From Octopus vulgaris (Eukaryota), in the NCBI GenBank assembly GCA_951406725.2, contig OX597832.1, positions 53,506,001 to 53,570,000 on the forward strand: 64,000 bases of DNA. The letters are read 5' to 3'. The first letter of the stretch is position 1. Each line of letters opens with the position of its first letter. Of the stretch, positions 25,842-40,384 are shown one piece after another. The position numbers were made by a program, and so were the translations under genes. Under the pieces are notes generated by a model. It had not been told where the DNA came from and did not search any database. It worked only from the letters and a program-made list of their open reading frames with translations.

Positions 25842-26351
25842 GCAATGTATGGGGGTTAGTGGTATTTTTGGTAAGGTTAGTGGTGTTCTGTATTGTGTTG
25901 TGTTCCTGTTAAGTTGTAGATGATATCTATTGATGAAAGTTGCTTCTTTATTCGGTCTTTGCTGCGCTGGGGTGGTCTGTGAACATTGATAGAAGCAGTT
26001 CCAAAATTGGACAAATATTGGTGTGAGAAAGATAGGCAGATTGTTTTGTATTAAATATATACTAATCAGTATAACAAGGTGTACTCCTCTCCACAGAGGT
26101 TAAGGGGACATGATTGTAGAGACAGATAGATAAAGGATAAGTAAAACAGATGTCACACCTACAGGCTGGGTAGCTATGGGAGGAGTGGGAATGGAGATAA
26201 AGCAGTTGTAAAAAAATAATAGATGTCCTATATAATAGAAGAGAAGGGAGGCTTGGGGCTGGCTCAGTTGTATTAATGCTAGAAATAGATGCTGCACTAG
26301 CAAACAAAAGATCTAAAATTTGAGGTTTAAAAAACTAAGGTTAAAAAACTA

Positions 26352-26515
26352 AGGAGTGGCTGTGTGGTAAGTAGCTTGCTTACCAACCACATGGTTCTGG
26401 GTTCAGTCCCACTGTGTGGCATCTTGGGCAAGTGTCTTCTGCTATAGCCTTGAGCCGACCAATGCCTTGTGAGTGGATTCGGTAGACGGAAACTAAAAGA
26501 AGCCTGTCGTATATG

Positions 26516-26548
<33 letters not shown>

Positions 26549-26770
26549 ATGCGTATATGTTTGTGTGTCTGTGTTTGTCTCCCTAGCATTGCTTGACAAC
26601 CGATAGTGGTGTGTTTACGTCCCCGTCACTTAGCGGTTCGGCAAAAGAGACCGATAGAATAAGTACTAGGCTTACAAAGAATAAGTCCCGGAGTCAATTT
26701 GCTTGACTAAAGGCGGTGCTCCAGCATGGCCGCAGTCAAATGACTGAAACATGTAAAAAAGTAAAAGAGT
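26352..26770 (+). mobile_element. SINE family A
   Basis: Matches the 9148 copy end to end. Confidence 0.85.
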
Positions 26771-26917
26771 ATTATAAAAGTGATAAAGAGTAAACATGAA
26801 AAATAAAATAAAGTTCAGATTTAAAATTAAGAATTGAGTGGATGCTCAATTCTTTATTTTAAATGTTATGAAAATATATTCCAAAATAGGTAGTATACCT
26901 AAGCTAGATAGCTAGAT

Positions 26918-27303
26918 GGAGGCGCAATGGCCCAGTGGTTAGGGCAGCGGACTCGCGGTCATAGGATCGCGGTTTCGATTCCCAGACTGGGCATTGTGAG
27001 TGTTTATTGAGCGAAAACACCTAAAGCTCCACGAGGCTCTGGCAGGGGATGGTGGTGATCCCTGCTGTACTCTTTCACCACAACTTTCTCTCACTCTTAC
27101 TTCCTGTTTCTGTTGTACCTGTATTTCAAAGGGCTGGCCTTGTCACTCTCTGTGTCACGCTGAATATCCCCGAGAACTATGTTACGGTTACACGTGTCTG
27201 TGGAGTGCTCAGCCACTTACACGTTAATTTCACGAGCAGGCTGTTCTGTTGATTTGGATCAACCGGAACCCTCGTCGTCATAACCGATGGAGTGCTTCCA
27301 TCC
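26918..27303 (+). mobile_element. SINE family B (tail type 1)
   Basis: Same head and tail as the 17905 copy; TSD AGATAGCTAGAT at 26906 and 27304. Confidence 0.88.
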
Positions 27304-27432
27304 AGATAGCTAGATATTAGTGATACTCCAAAAAGGTCTTTTCTTTTTACATTTAGACCCATGGAACAGCTTGAAGGACATAAAGAATTTGTGTATACTC
27401 GTGAAGAAAGCTTTGTGCTGCTTTATTAAGTA

Positions 27433-27843
27433 ACTCTTTTACTTGATTCAGTCATTTGACTGCAGCCATGCTGGAGCACCGCCTTTAGTTGAGCAAATCG
27501 ATCCCAGGACTTATTCTTTGTAAGCCTAGTACTTATTCTATCTGGGGTTCTTTTGCTGAACCGCAAAGTTACGGGGGACGTAAACACACCAGCATCGGTT
27601 GTCAAGCAATGCTGGGGGGACAAACACAGACACACAAACATATACACACATGTACATATATATATATATACACATATATACGACAGGCTTCGTTCAGTTT
27701 CCGTCTACCAAATCCACTCACAAGGCTTTGGTTGGCCCGAGGCTATAGTAGAAGACACTTGCCCAAGGTGCCACGCAGTGGGACTGAACCCGGAACTATG
27801 TAGTTCATAAGCAAGCTACTTACCACACAGCCACTCCTACACC
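27433..27843 (-). mobile_element. SINE family A
   Basis: Reverse complement of the 9148 copy; forms an inverted pair with the 26352 copy. Confidence 0.85.
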
Positions 27844-28577
27844 TGTGTAGGGTTATGCAACAAGATGTGTGGAGATTCCTTCAGACATAACCAGCATGCA
27901 GCATGCTGGCCCCGGTAAGGAGGGCCAGTGTTTATGATGGGCTATGTTGTTGTAAGGTATTTTCATCCTCTTAAGGTAATGTACATGGTCAGATGGAGAA
28001 GTAGATTTGCTATGCTCTTCATACTTGAATGAATTTAGATGCATCAAATATCACTGCATGAAAATAATCGTATATCCAATATAGTACCAGCAGTGATTTT
28101 ACAAAGGGTATTTCTCCATAGATTTGTAGCTGCAACTAGACCTATCATCATCATCATCGTTTAGCGTCCGCTTTCCATGCTAGCATGGGTTGGACGGTGC
28201 AACTGGGGTCTGGGAAGCCAGAAGGCTGCACCAGGCCCAGTCTGATCTGGCAATGTTTCTACGGCTGGATGCCCTTCCTAACGCCAACCACTCCATGAGT
28301 GTAGTGGGTGCTTTTTACGTGCCACACCTATCTGACACAAAAGTACTTCTGCCTTGTGAATTGGGTGTTGTATGATTAGAGGGTATGCCAGGGTTTAGGG
28401 TAGTACCTTCCAGTCCAATTCCAGTGAATTTGTTATTATCAATGTCGTTTGTAACTTTAATGTATGAATTTATACAAGAGATAATAGATATTCCAGATTC
28501 CTGGAAAAGCCTAAGTGCAGTACTAATTTGTCAGTTGGTATCAGAAACTCTATTACCGTAACTAGTACTAGAAGTAT

Positions 28578-28624
<47 letters not shown>

Positions 28625-29451
28625 TTATTATTATTATTATTGAGTGAGAGAGCAGTGCATGCCATCAAAGTGACAGTGGGGTAAAATATACAAAGCCCAG
28701 TATACCCATTGTGACTACCTGTCTGATAAGGGTACACCAGGCACATGCATCACAACCATATGTGCGTGACATGGTGATCTCATATCAATATTAACAGCGC
28801 ATGACTTTGCAGGTGGGGCCCAGTTAGAATTTTCTTCAGGTCGAGTAGCCCATCCCACTCAAAAGGTCCCTGAATAAGGATTAAGGATGTTGAACGAAAC
28901 ACCTGTGTTTCCGAAGGTAAATTATCCAAACCCCAAAGAATTCCTCTCAACACATGGCTATGATGCTCCCCAGCTACTTCTGCTCGTGATCAGAGATGCA
29001 CATATCGTCAGCCACAAGGGACATGCTCGACTGGTTACGGTCAAACAACTGACAAGCAAATCTGTGGTATTGAGCAGAATATTTGCTGTAGCCCATCTTT
29101 TATACCAAGACAAAACAATGTACATGATAACACCTCCAATCGGTTAAGATAAGAAGCCATGAGAGCCAATGCCTGGTACTGCCTCAGGGGATTTATTATT
29201 ATCATCATCATCATTATTATTATTGTTGTTGTTGTTGTTGTTGTCATTATTATTATTATTGAAGGTGGCAAGCTGGCAGAATCATTAGCACATTGGACAA
29301 AATGCTTAGTGGTATTTCACTCATCGCTACATTCTGAATTCAGATTTCAGTGAGGTCAACTTTGCCTTTCATCCTTTCAGGGTTGATAAATTAAACACCA
29401 GTAAAACACTGGGGTCGATGTAATTGACTTGTCTTCTCACCCCTAATTTAA

Positions 29452-29671
29452 CCCTTTAGTGTTCAGATTACTCTGTTAAATGTAATACTCTTTCACTCAA
29501 ATTGTTTCAAATTAATTATGCATTATCTTATAGCTTTGAGGTTTCAATGATGTGATTGTTTATTTTTAGAATGACATTGTAGGTTAGGTGTGAGAGGCTA
29601 GATATCACCAGTTTGAATATAAAACATGTAGAATATTTGGGCCAGATATGGCCGGTTTAAACACTAAAGGG
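29452..29671. mobile_element. piggyBac-type MITE, second family
   Basis: TTAA|CCCTTTAGTGTT...AACACTAAAGGG|TTAA; partial copies at ~52270-52450 and 52925-53110. Confidence 0.85.
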
Positions 29672-29954
29672 TTAAGGCCTTGTGCCTCCAATAGAAAGGG
29701 TTATTATTACTATTATTATTATTATTTGGCCTCGTAACTGGAACGAACTTATTAGACTTTGGGATCGATCTGGCACTGGACAAGGATTCTGGATTATTTT
29801 TCCCTTTTCCCCTTAAATTTTGAGAGCGGTCAGGTTCAGTTTTAGTATTCTTCTTTGTGAGAGCAGTTGAGTTTATTTCAGATTCTCATTTTAAAACTCA
29901 TCTCTCGCTAATCATTGAGAAGACATTAGTGTTGCCTTGGCTCTCTAAGTGCCC

Positions 29955-30008
<54 letters not shown>

Positions 30009-30190
30009 GCATTATCATTACTCATATCATCAACATTATCAGTGTTATCACTGGTCGTATTGTCATAGTATTTATCACTATCATTAGGACAATAGTTAAC
30101 CATAACATTTGGACTAACAACGATAGTATTCTCATTAACGATAGTATTAATGTTGCTATTAGTGTTTCCATTACTGGGGTTAATATTAGC

Positions 30191-30614
30191 GGATCTTTTC
30201 GGTTTGAACGGCAGTTTTTTAAAATAATTTCCACGCAACTAAGCACTTTTAAACTTCGTATACTGGTAGAATGTGTTTATAAAACACCTTTTTCTCTTGG
30301 CTTTATTGAGAAAATTCTATAGTTTGTAAGATATTTGTTGTTTTTTTTTCTTCAATTTCTGCAATTTCAACCAATCAATGATGTCTATTGAGGTGAAAAC
30401 ATTCTGTGTCGTATGAATATGTCCCTCGTTTAAGAAACAGATTGGGTTTATTTACATTTCTGAAGAAAAAAGATACCCTTCCCCCCACCCTTAACCCTAA
30501 CCCTAACCCTAAAACAGATTGAAATGCAATAGATCGATACTAGGGTCATAATTATGGGTGACAATTTCATATGACACCACTAGAAAAAACTGCTGTTCAA
30601 ATTTGAAAAGATCC
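30191..30614 (-). mobile_element. Second copy of the TTAGGG-containing MITE
   Basis: Same TIRs; (CCCTAA)n at ~30488-30512. Confidence 0.8.
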
Positions 30615-30618
30615 GGCT

Positions 30619-32286
30619 TTGGCAGAAAATCTTGCCCTTGTAAGTACTTACACGTGTAGTATTGTTATGGGCGACCATAAAGGTTTATCCCGTGAAATGA
30701 AAACAAAATTTTCAAAAAGAGGGGACATTTTACAAATGCAAAAGGAAAATTTATTAGCTATTACTTTCAAAGACAAAAGACAGATTTTATTTCTGTCTCC
30801 TAACGGGGTTGATAAATCTGACCCATATGTGACATATTACCCAGTTGGTCGACCTGGAGAAATGGTGGAAGTACATTTTGTGGTTTTAAGTTAATTTAAC
30901 TATAGTTAATTCATATATTGTATATGCAAAAAGCCACAATGTACCTCCTCCAACAAAGGACTGTGTCCATTTGAAATTTTGAGTTGATATCACATCTCAG
31001 TTACGTGAAGGCTTTTCTTCTTGAAAGCACAGAACTGCAAGAAAGGCAAAATTAACTGAGGTGGATGTCAACAGAGAAAATATTGACTTTCATAAAGTCG
31101 AAAAGATAAATGGAAGGAAAAAAGTTTGCAGACTGTGTTCGCTGCAAAAAAGCAAAACTGCAAAAGGGTATCAGATTGAGACCTCATATATGTGTTCCTT
31201 TGGCAAAGTGTCCTTGTGTAAAGGGTGCTTTGGGCAGCTTCATGGTAGAAATACGTCATAACTATATTATTTTGTAACTATATTATTTTATCATATATTC
31301 CTTTTCATTTTATTATAAACTAGCAGTATCGCCCGGCGTTGCTCGGGTTTGTAAGGGAAATAACTATATAAGCATTTTTAGAGATGTAAAGTATAATAGC
31401 CATCTCAATATGGCTAACCACAAAGGGGGGTGTTACTGTAGCTTTTTACGTTCTGAGATTTAATAATACATTTTTAGAGAGTTACTTCCCTTATATAATA
31501 GCCAAAAATGCATTAAAAATGGGAAAAAATGATGGTAAATTTTTTTTTAAATTGTAGACTCATCGTAGACACGCGCTAATACCCAGAAGGGCTCGATATG
31601 AATCACGACTATAAGATACCCGCTTTTGGTTACACTGCACCGCAAAATGTGGGAGTAGTTAGGAATCTAAATCATAGGAGACAGACACACAACTTCACTT
31701 TTATATATAAAGATAATATGTGAAAATGAGAAATACATATTAATTTTCAATATGTTACACACCTGTAATTCACCTTTGTCTCACCCGTTAATGAGCTTTT
31801 TTTTTTTTATTAGATGCATTCTGTTACATAAATGAATTCATTAAGTTGTATAAGAATACATAGCCATTGACTAGTAAAAGAGTTTTGTACTTTATTTTCA
31901 ATGTTTGGATGAAATATAGAGAAAGAATAAAATCTTGTACCGATTACACCTGTATTTTAATTAATTCAAATTAATGTACCTCGTCTTGAAAAATGTAAAA
32001 TTGTTGGTGGTTGACTTCTGGGATAATTTTAGTAACAAGTCAAACAGGTAAGATGTATTAAGAATATGAATTTTAGTGTTTATTCATAATACACCTGTTA
32101 ACCTACCCATAAAAGTTAAATTTAATCAGAAAGATCAGCTAAAATCATGTAACTATAAATCACTGGCATATAAGCATCCGTTTACAAAATTTCAAATCTG
32201 TATGTAGAAAAATAACAAAGTTACAAGCAAATATTATGGACACCCAATCTAAATTAATGTGAACAGATAAGCCTTACACTTTAGGG
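30619..32286 (+). mobile_element. piggyBac transposon relic (3' part)
   Basis: LLAITFKDKRQILFLS and a C-terminal Cys-rich domain RKKVCRLC...ETSYMC...VSLCKGCFGQLH; probable right end AGGG|TTAA at 32286. Confidence 0.75.
31320..31713 (-). mobile_element. Non-autonomous Helitron (same family, no coding sequence)
   Basis: A|TC...hairpin...CTAG|T termini at an AT target with no TSD; inserted in the piggyBac relic. Confidence 0.88.
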
Positions 32287-32874
32287 TTAAGTCTATTGTT
32301 ATATAAGAACATTACTTTTTGCAAGAGGCCACAACTTGTAAGTGCTTGGTTGTAACAGGTGGCTGGATAGATCAGAGATTCCAATCAATATACCTTTAAT
32401 TGTATACATAGATATATCACCGTGATCAAAGGCCATCAGAGGTTGCTACATATCACTGGTCACAATGACGCCACTCCCAATGGCTAAGCGAGCAGGCCAA
32501 CAGAAGAAGGAGCGTACAGCAGTGATCGCTTCCATTGCATGTGCACACACGCACACACACACACACGCACACACACACACACGCACACACACACATTCAC
32601 ATACCCCCCTTTTACATACACATACATATATTCACACAGAGTTGAAACACTCACCCCCTCCCTTCCTTATTCATCTATCACCCCTTCCTTTCTCATTCAT
32701 AAACACAAGAGTATTATTATAGTAGATTATCTTGGTAACCACGGGAGGTATGAAAAAATACAAAGCCCAGCATCACCACCGGATCAGTCTACACACCTGT
32801 GTAATTTTTCATACAATTCCACCCAGCCGTTTGACCGTGAATCCCAAGACAAGAAAGAATTGCCCATGTCAAAT

Positions 32875-33470
<596 letters not shown>

Positions 33471-33477
33471 TACACAC

Positions 33478-33830
33478 ATGCCCCTAAAACAATACCTGTT
33501 GTCATAGGTGCCCTGGGAATGATAGCAAAAGGGGCTGATCGCTACCTAACTCAGATACCAGGAAACCCCAAAATGGCAGAAATCCAAAAAGATAGTGCTC
33601 ATGGGAACTGCTTATATCCTACACAAAATACTTTCTATGTAATCTCAAGTTTTAAAACAAACATAATTTTTTTTTTTGTAGACATTCACTAGTACAACAC
33701 TAAATACAAAACCAAATATATGGCACACTAGGCATAACAACATCACGAACTTCCAACCTGTTGTCTCTTGAGGTCTCTGGGTGAGACTTGGAGCCAACTT
33801 GTACAAATATAAAGCAAAAGTCAAACATAG
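33478..33830 (+). mobile_element. R4/Dong-clade 3' end running into (TAA)n
   Basis: [12 protein letters not shown]...[13 protein letters not shown] restriction-like endonuclease C-terminus followed by a 3' UTR. Confidence 0.7.
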
Positions 33831-33846
33831 AATAATAATAATAGTC

Positions 33847-33880
<34 letters not shown>

Positions 33881-33980
33881 CAGTATTATTAATAATCATA
33901 ATAATAATAATAATATTAATAGTATTAACAATAATAATAATAATAATAACAATAATAATAATAATGATAGCAATAAAAAG

Positions 33981-34700
33981 ATGGTTTTGATCTCTGAGGA
34001 CAACCCCAACAGAATTAAATTTATGTCTAATAATTCTAAGATCAAGAATTCTATATACCAATGTAAAATTTCTTGCAGTACCGATGTCTACTTCTACATA
34101 GGCGCATCCTCTTCCCAGTTATCTAAGAGAATTTCAAATCATTATTCATCATTTAGGGATAGCAGAAAATGCCATAGCACAGGGCTAAGTAAATTGGTTT
34201 GGCATCTTAAAGACAACAATAAAGATTTTAAGTTAGTTTGGTTCATCCTGTCCGTATCTTTTCCTTACGATAAGGGCAAGGGATTTTGTAACATTTGCAA
34301 CTCTGAACTCTTCCATATTCTCTTCTCTAAGAATCACCTTGTTAACACACTTATAGAGCGATCTTACAAATGTAAACGCTGGCAGAAACATACCTTTAAC
34401 TCATATAAGTGATTTCGCCAGTCTTATAGTTTGAACAGTTAGTTTAACTTGCTCTTTACTTCAATAGAGAAATCTACTTCTAAGCCTTGGAACATTTCTT
34501 CAATCAACGTATCCCTCTTTATTAGCTTTCTACTTATTATTTCTTTAACCCTTCTCTTTCTAGTATCTGCCTTTGACGTCAAATCTACTAACAATTTTTT
34601 TAAATAATTAATAACGTTATGTTTATCATTTAGGCAGTCATCATAATTGTTATAATGTCTTGTTGTTGAGATAGGCTCTCTTTCTTTCCTGATGAGAAGA
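33981..34700 (+). mobile_element. Penelope-like element 3' fragment (GIY-YIG endonuclease)
   Basis: SIYQCKI..FYIGASS..KRISNHYSSF..TGLSKLVWHLK..CNICNSE..N; ORF stop at 34412; right boundary uncertain. Confidence 0.75.
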
Positions 34701-36473
34701 TTGCATTTTACATGTCTTGTCAGACCCTAATGGCTGTTGGCCTATAATCTCTTTTCAAATTGGAGGGAGAAAAGGCCTCATGGCTAGTTTTTGAAAACAC
34801 AAAGAAGAAAGGTTGAGCACAAGGGATTGTCTTCCTTAAACTATCTGGCATCCACCTAGTCAGCTTGTGGGTCCCAGGATTTCCATAGGAATCGTCTGAA
34901 GTGTAAACAGGGTCCGAAGACTTCCATCCTGGAATTTAAGATGTTCCCTGCCTCAAGGGAATTCTTTAATATCCTCGCCTGTTCCACTATACATAGCTTG
35001 CAACGTTTACTCCTGTTCATTTAGGGACCTGGTTTTTCTAGAATTTTCCGTGTGATTATATGTGGAGTCCCTTCATCCTTCAGGCACCACACAAAATGTG
35101 TGTGTGTGTGTGTGTGTGTGTGTTGTGAAGGCATATGGCCTAGATGTTAGGGTCTTGTATTCACAATAGTCGGGTCACTAATTCAATTCTTGGACTGCAT
35201 TGTTCTTGACTAAAACACTTTATTTCACATTGGTTCATTCCATTCAGCTGTAAATAGGTAACCCTGTGATTGATTAGCCTTCCAGTCAGGGGGAATATTA
35301 GCCTACTCACCTAGCAGATGGGGTGGCACCACTTGGAAAGACAAAAACGATGCAAAACGCATTGCGACCAGTAATGTATAATGCATCTGATAGCCTTGTC
35401 AATCAGCTCACAAACACGAGGTAGTGAGTTTGATTCCACGACTGGACTGTGTGTTGTGTTCTTGAGCAAGACACTTTATTTCACGTTGCTCCAGTTTACT
35501 CAGCTGTAGAAATGAGTTGCGACGTCACAGGTGCCAAGCTTTATCGGCCCCTTCGCCTTTCCCTTGGGTAACGTCAGTGGCATGGAGAATGGAGGCTGGC
35601 ATGTATGGGCGACTGCTGGTCTTCCATAAACAATCTTCCTGGGACCTGTGCTTCGGAAGGGAACTTTGTAGGTGCAATCCCATGGTTATTCATGACTGAA
35701 AAGGGGTCTTTACACTTTTATATATGTGTGTGTGTGGGGGGGGGGGCTGGTGGTGGCATGAAACAGCACCTAGCATGCCGTTAAGTAGTTGGCATTAGAA
35801 AGGGCATCCAGCCATAGAAACTATGCCTCAGCAGACAGCTGGTGGTCTGGACAGCTCTCTGCTAGTCAGCACCATGTCAAATCATCCAACCCATGCTAGC
35901 ATGGAAAGTAGACCTTAAACGATGATGATGATGATGATCCTCATCATCGTTTAACATCCGTTTTCCATGCTAGCATGGGTTGGACGATTCAACTGGGGTA
36001 TGGGAAGCCAGAAGGCTGCGCCAGGCCCAGTCTGATCTGGCAGTGTTTCTACGGCTGGATGCCCTTCCTAACGCCAACCACTCCGTGAGTGTAGTGGGTG
36101 CTTTTTAGTGTATTTATGTGTATCTGTATATGACAGTGTCTTCCAGTTTCCATCTACTAAATCCACTCACAAGGCTTTGGTCAGCCCAAGTAGAGGACAC
36201 TTGACTGAGGTGCCATGCAATGGGTTTGAACCCAGAACCATGTATGTGGTTGGGAAGCGTGCTTCTTATCATGCAGCCATGACTCCACCTATAAATACCA
36301 GTACCTGTAATATATTTTAGTAGTTTGTCATGTTCCAATCTTGCAGTACCTTGGAACTTTGCTTTACAAATGCCTCTCATCACAAACAAATCAGTTTTTG
36401 AACATAAAACATCTTGGGTGATGAATCGTGTCTCTGGTAGCACTATTATATATGTGTGTGTGTGCGTGCATGC

Positions 36474-36526
<53 letters not shown>

Positions 36527-36527
36527 T

Positions 36528-36806
36528 GGAGGCGCAATGGCCTAGTGGTTAGGGCAGTGGATTTGCGGTCGCAGGATCGCGGTTTCGATTCCCAGACCGG
36601 GCGTTGTGTGTGTTTATTGAGTGAAAACACCTAAAAAAGCTCCACAAGGCTCCGGCAGGGGGTGGTGATCCCTGCTGTACTCTTTCACCACTCTTTCTCC
36701 CACTCTTTCTTCTGTTGTCCTGCTCATTCGAAGGCTAAAACAATGCAAACGCATTGTGACCAGCGATGTGTAACAACATCTGATGGTCTGGTTTGTCACG
36801 TGATCA
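36528..36806 (+). mobile_element. SINE family B (tail type 2)
   Basis: Same head; tail ...GCATTGTGACCAGCGATGTG...CACGTGATCA. Confidence 0.8.
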
Positions 36807-37083
36807 AGCTGGCACCAACACTTGATGACTAACTGGGAGTATCAGTAGAAGAGCACCAGTTTCAGTCTGGCTTTTGCTCAGGGCACATCCCTGCTCAAAT
36901 TCTTTTGTATTTCCTTGAGGAAAAAATAACTTCGGTTTACAAACATTTCAGGTGACAAACAGCCTTCAGAAATGAATTGATGAATGCAATTCGTCCTTGA
37001 AGGCCATTCAGCAACCGAGGTTCCTCTGTTTTTATGTATTTACTCTATTTTATTTATTTATTTTATTTTATTTATCTTTGCAG

Positions 37084-37313
37084 TTGGTTTGCAACCCATA
37101 AAAAAAGAGATCCTTTCCTGGAGCCGACTGAACAAGATTCACAGTAATGTCTTACTTGGTGGTCACTATAAACCCAACTGTTTAACGAAGGAATCTGTTG
37201 CCATTATTATTCCATACCGTGATAGGCAGTTTCATTTGAAAGTCTTCCTTAATAACATGCATTCCATTTTACAGCGACAATTAATAGAATATGGAATCTA
37301 TATCATTGAACAG
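37084..37313 (+). CDS. GT7 glycosyltransferase coding exon 2
   Basis: Acceptor tttgcag|, donor CAG|GTATGT. Reads (V)GLQPI...GGHYKPNC...VAIIIPYRDRQFHLKVFLNNMHSILQRQLIEYGIYIIEQ, the canonical GT7 N-terminal motifs. Confidence 0.95.
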
Positions 37314-38447
37314 GTATGTTAAATGCATTTTTTTAATAGGAAAATTTTGTCGTGTACAATTTATAAAAGAAAATATATTTGGTCTGATTCCAAGGGAGAG
37401 TTTGAAAAGAACTGAAACATAATCCCATCTCGTTAAGGATAGAAAGATTTTTTAATATCTAACTAACATTTTGCCATATCCCATTTAGAATACTTTATTA
37501 CTATTTAATGACTTGTGGAAGCACTGTGCCAGTGCATATGCACAGATGTGCACCTCACCCAGTGCCTCTGAATATCTATCCCATCACATCTCATCACTCG
37601 CACCGCAGCATCCTATACTTGCAAGCATCCCACTTTTCCTTGCTATTGGAAACCATTTCACTTGTCAGTCAATCTTCATCCATTAAATGTCATTCTCTTC
37701 ACCCCCACCCCACCCCAACTGGACCACTAAATCATCTCCCTTCATGCTCTATGCTTGCCTCTCTATCCTTTCTCCAGCCGAACCCTGCAGCCTGTCCAAC
37801 GTCGTATCACTTCTCTCGTGTCCCCCTCCCTTTGTAAACTGTATTATCATTACTATCATGATTACAACACATTCTCCCCTGCTCTTTTCTATGTCCCTCA
37901 ATATTCCTCAACTCTTGCATCATTGGTCAGCCATTACTCCCTACATCCATCCTTCAACCTTCCCCAATCTTCACAGTTGCCTGCCATCCACTCTACTTGT
38001 TCCTCCATTCCCCACTCACATATATTCATCTCCTTCTTTAAGGAGCCACCTGGATCTGTAGCTCCCAAAAATCATTCTGACCCTTTCTTCTAAATCTGAG
38101 TAATTATGTAGCTGCTCTGCAAAAACCTGCTGTCTTCGCCACTCCTTTCTCTTATACTTTAAACATTATATATTTACTCTTTTACTCTTTTACTTGTTTC
38201 AGTCATTTGACTGTGGCCATGCTGGAGCAGCGCCTTTAATATATATATATAGATATATATATATATATATAATGTGTGATCAGTTGTTTATTTTTAGTAT
38301 TTTATTTTCTTTTTCTATGTGTGATGTTCATTACTGCTTTAGCAGAAATCCAGCAGAGATGCCGTTTAAACTATTCTCTTTGCAGATCAGCAAAGAGACC
38401 AATCGAATAAATACCAAGCTTTAAAAAAAAATAAATAAAAATAATTG

Positions 38448-38786
38448 CCAGCACCGCCACGCCTGGCCTCCGTGCCGGTGGCACGTAAAAAGCACCATCT
38501 GATCGTGGCCGTTGCTAGCCTCACCTGGCCCCCGTGCCGGTGGCACGTAAAAAGCACCATCTGATCGTGGCCGTTGCTAGCCTCGCCTGGCCCCCATGCT
38601 GGTGGCACGTAAAAAGCACCCACTACACTCGGTTGGCGTTAGGAAGGGCATCCAGCCGTAGAAACATTGCCAGATCAGACTGGGCCTGGTGCAGCCTTCT
38701 GGCTTGCCAGACCCCATTTGAACCATCCAACCCATGTTAGCATGGAAAGCAGACACTAAACGATGATGATGATGATGATGATGATA
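38448..38786 (+). mobile_element. RTE 3' UTR fragment, tail-to-tail with the 38806 copy
   Basis: Same UTR repeats and (GAT)n tail on the + strand. Confidence 0.85.
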
Positions 38787-38805
38787 TATATATATATATA
38801 TATAT

Positions 38806-40122
38806 CATCATCATCATCATCATTTAGCGTCCGTTTTCCATGCTAGCATGGGTTGGATGGTTCAACTGGGGTCTGTGAAGCTGGAAGGCATCATCAGTCC
38901 CAGTCAGATCTGGCAGTGTTTCTACAGCTGGATGCCCTTCCTAACGTCAACCACTCCGTGAGTGTAGTGGGTACATTTTACGTGCCACCCGCACAGGTGC
39001 CAGACAGAGCTGGCAAACGGTCACGAACGGATGGTGCTTTTACATGTCACCAGCACGGGGGCCAGGCGAGGCTGGCAACGGACACGAACGGATGGTGCTT
39101 TTATGTGCCACCAACACGGGGGCCAGACAGAGCTGGCAAACGGCCACGAAACGGATGGTGCTTTTACGTGTCACCGGCACGGGGGCCAGGCGAGGCTGGC
39201 AACGGACACGAACGAATGGTGCTTTTACGTGCCACTGACACGGGGGCCAGACAGAGCTGGCAAACGGCCACAAACAGATGGTGCTTTTACGTGTCACCTG
39301 CACGGGGACCAGGCGAGGCTGGCAACGGACACAAACAGATGGTGCTTTTACGTGCCACCGACACGGAGGCTAGACGGGGCAGCGCCGGCAACGACCACGA
39401 TCGGATGGTTCGCTTAACCACAGCTGCAATTCCCACTGATGTTGATCAACCTCAATTTGGTTCTGCTTTCTGATATATGAATTGATTTGGTTTGATTTTG
39501 ATTTTGACTATTCTCACTGGTCTTGCCGGGTTTTCTCACGCACAGCATACTTCCAAAGGTCTCGGTCTCTGGTCATTTCCTTGGTGAAACCTAAAGTTCG
39601 AAGGTCGTGCTTCACCACCTCAACCCAGGTTTTCCTGGGTCTACCTCTTCCACAGGTCCCCTCAACTGCCAGGGTGTGGCACTTTCGCACACAACTATCT
39701 TCAGCCATTCTCATCACATGACCATACCAGCGCAAACGTCTCTCTTGCACACAACAACTGATGCTTCTTAGGTTCAACTTTTCTCTCAAGGTACTTACAC
39801 TCTGTCGATTATGAACACTGACGTTACACATCAATCGGAGCATACTAGCTTCATTTCTTGCGAGCTTACACAAATCCTCAGCAGTCACACCCCAAGTTTC
39901 ACTACCATGTAGCATGGCTGTACGTACACATGCATCATACAGTCTGCCTTTTACTTTGAGCGAGAGGCCTTTTGTCACCAGCAGGGGTAAGAGCTCTCTA
40001 AACTTTGCCCAGACTATTCTTACTCTAGCAGTTACACTTTCAGCACACCTGCCCCCGCTACTGACTTGGTCACCTAGGTAGCGGAAGCTATCAACTACTT
40101 CTAGTCTTTCTCCCTGGAACGT

Positions 40123-40124
<2 letters not shown>
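38806..40124 (-). mobile_element. RTE LINE, 5'-truncated
   Basis: FRYLG; VRTAMLHGSETW; RRLRWYGHVMRM; GRGRPRKTW; 3' UTR with ~60-bp tandem repeats and a (GAT)n tail. Confidence 0.92.
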
Positions 40125-40160
<36 letters not shown>

Positions 40161-40256
40161 TATATACTTTGATAGGTTTCGGCCATTATTGGCCCAGGCC
40201 ATGTCTAACTTAATAGCACCACATGGTACTTAATAGCACCACCTGGTGCTATATAC

Positions 40257-40377
<121 letters not shown>

Positions 40378-40384
40378 CATATAT

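Noticed and set aside
30488-30512. Telomere or chromosome-fusion site
   Set aside because: Only a few repeats, internal to a MITE.
34685-34730. Hammerhead downstream of the GIY-YIG ORF (CTGATGAG)
   Set aside because: No GAAA or stem III follows, so the motif is incomplete.
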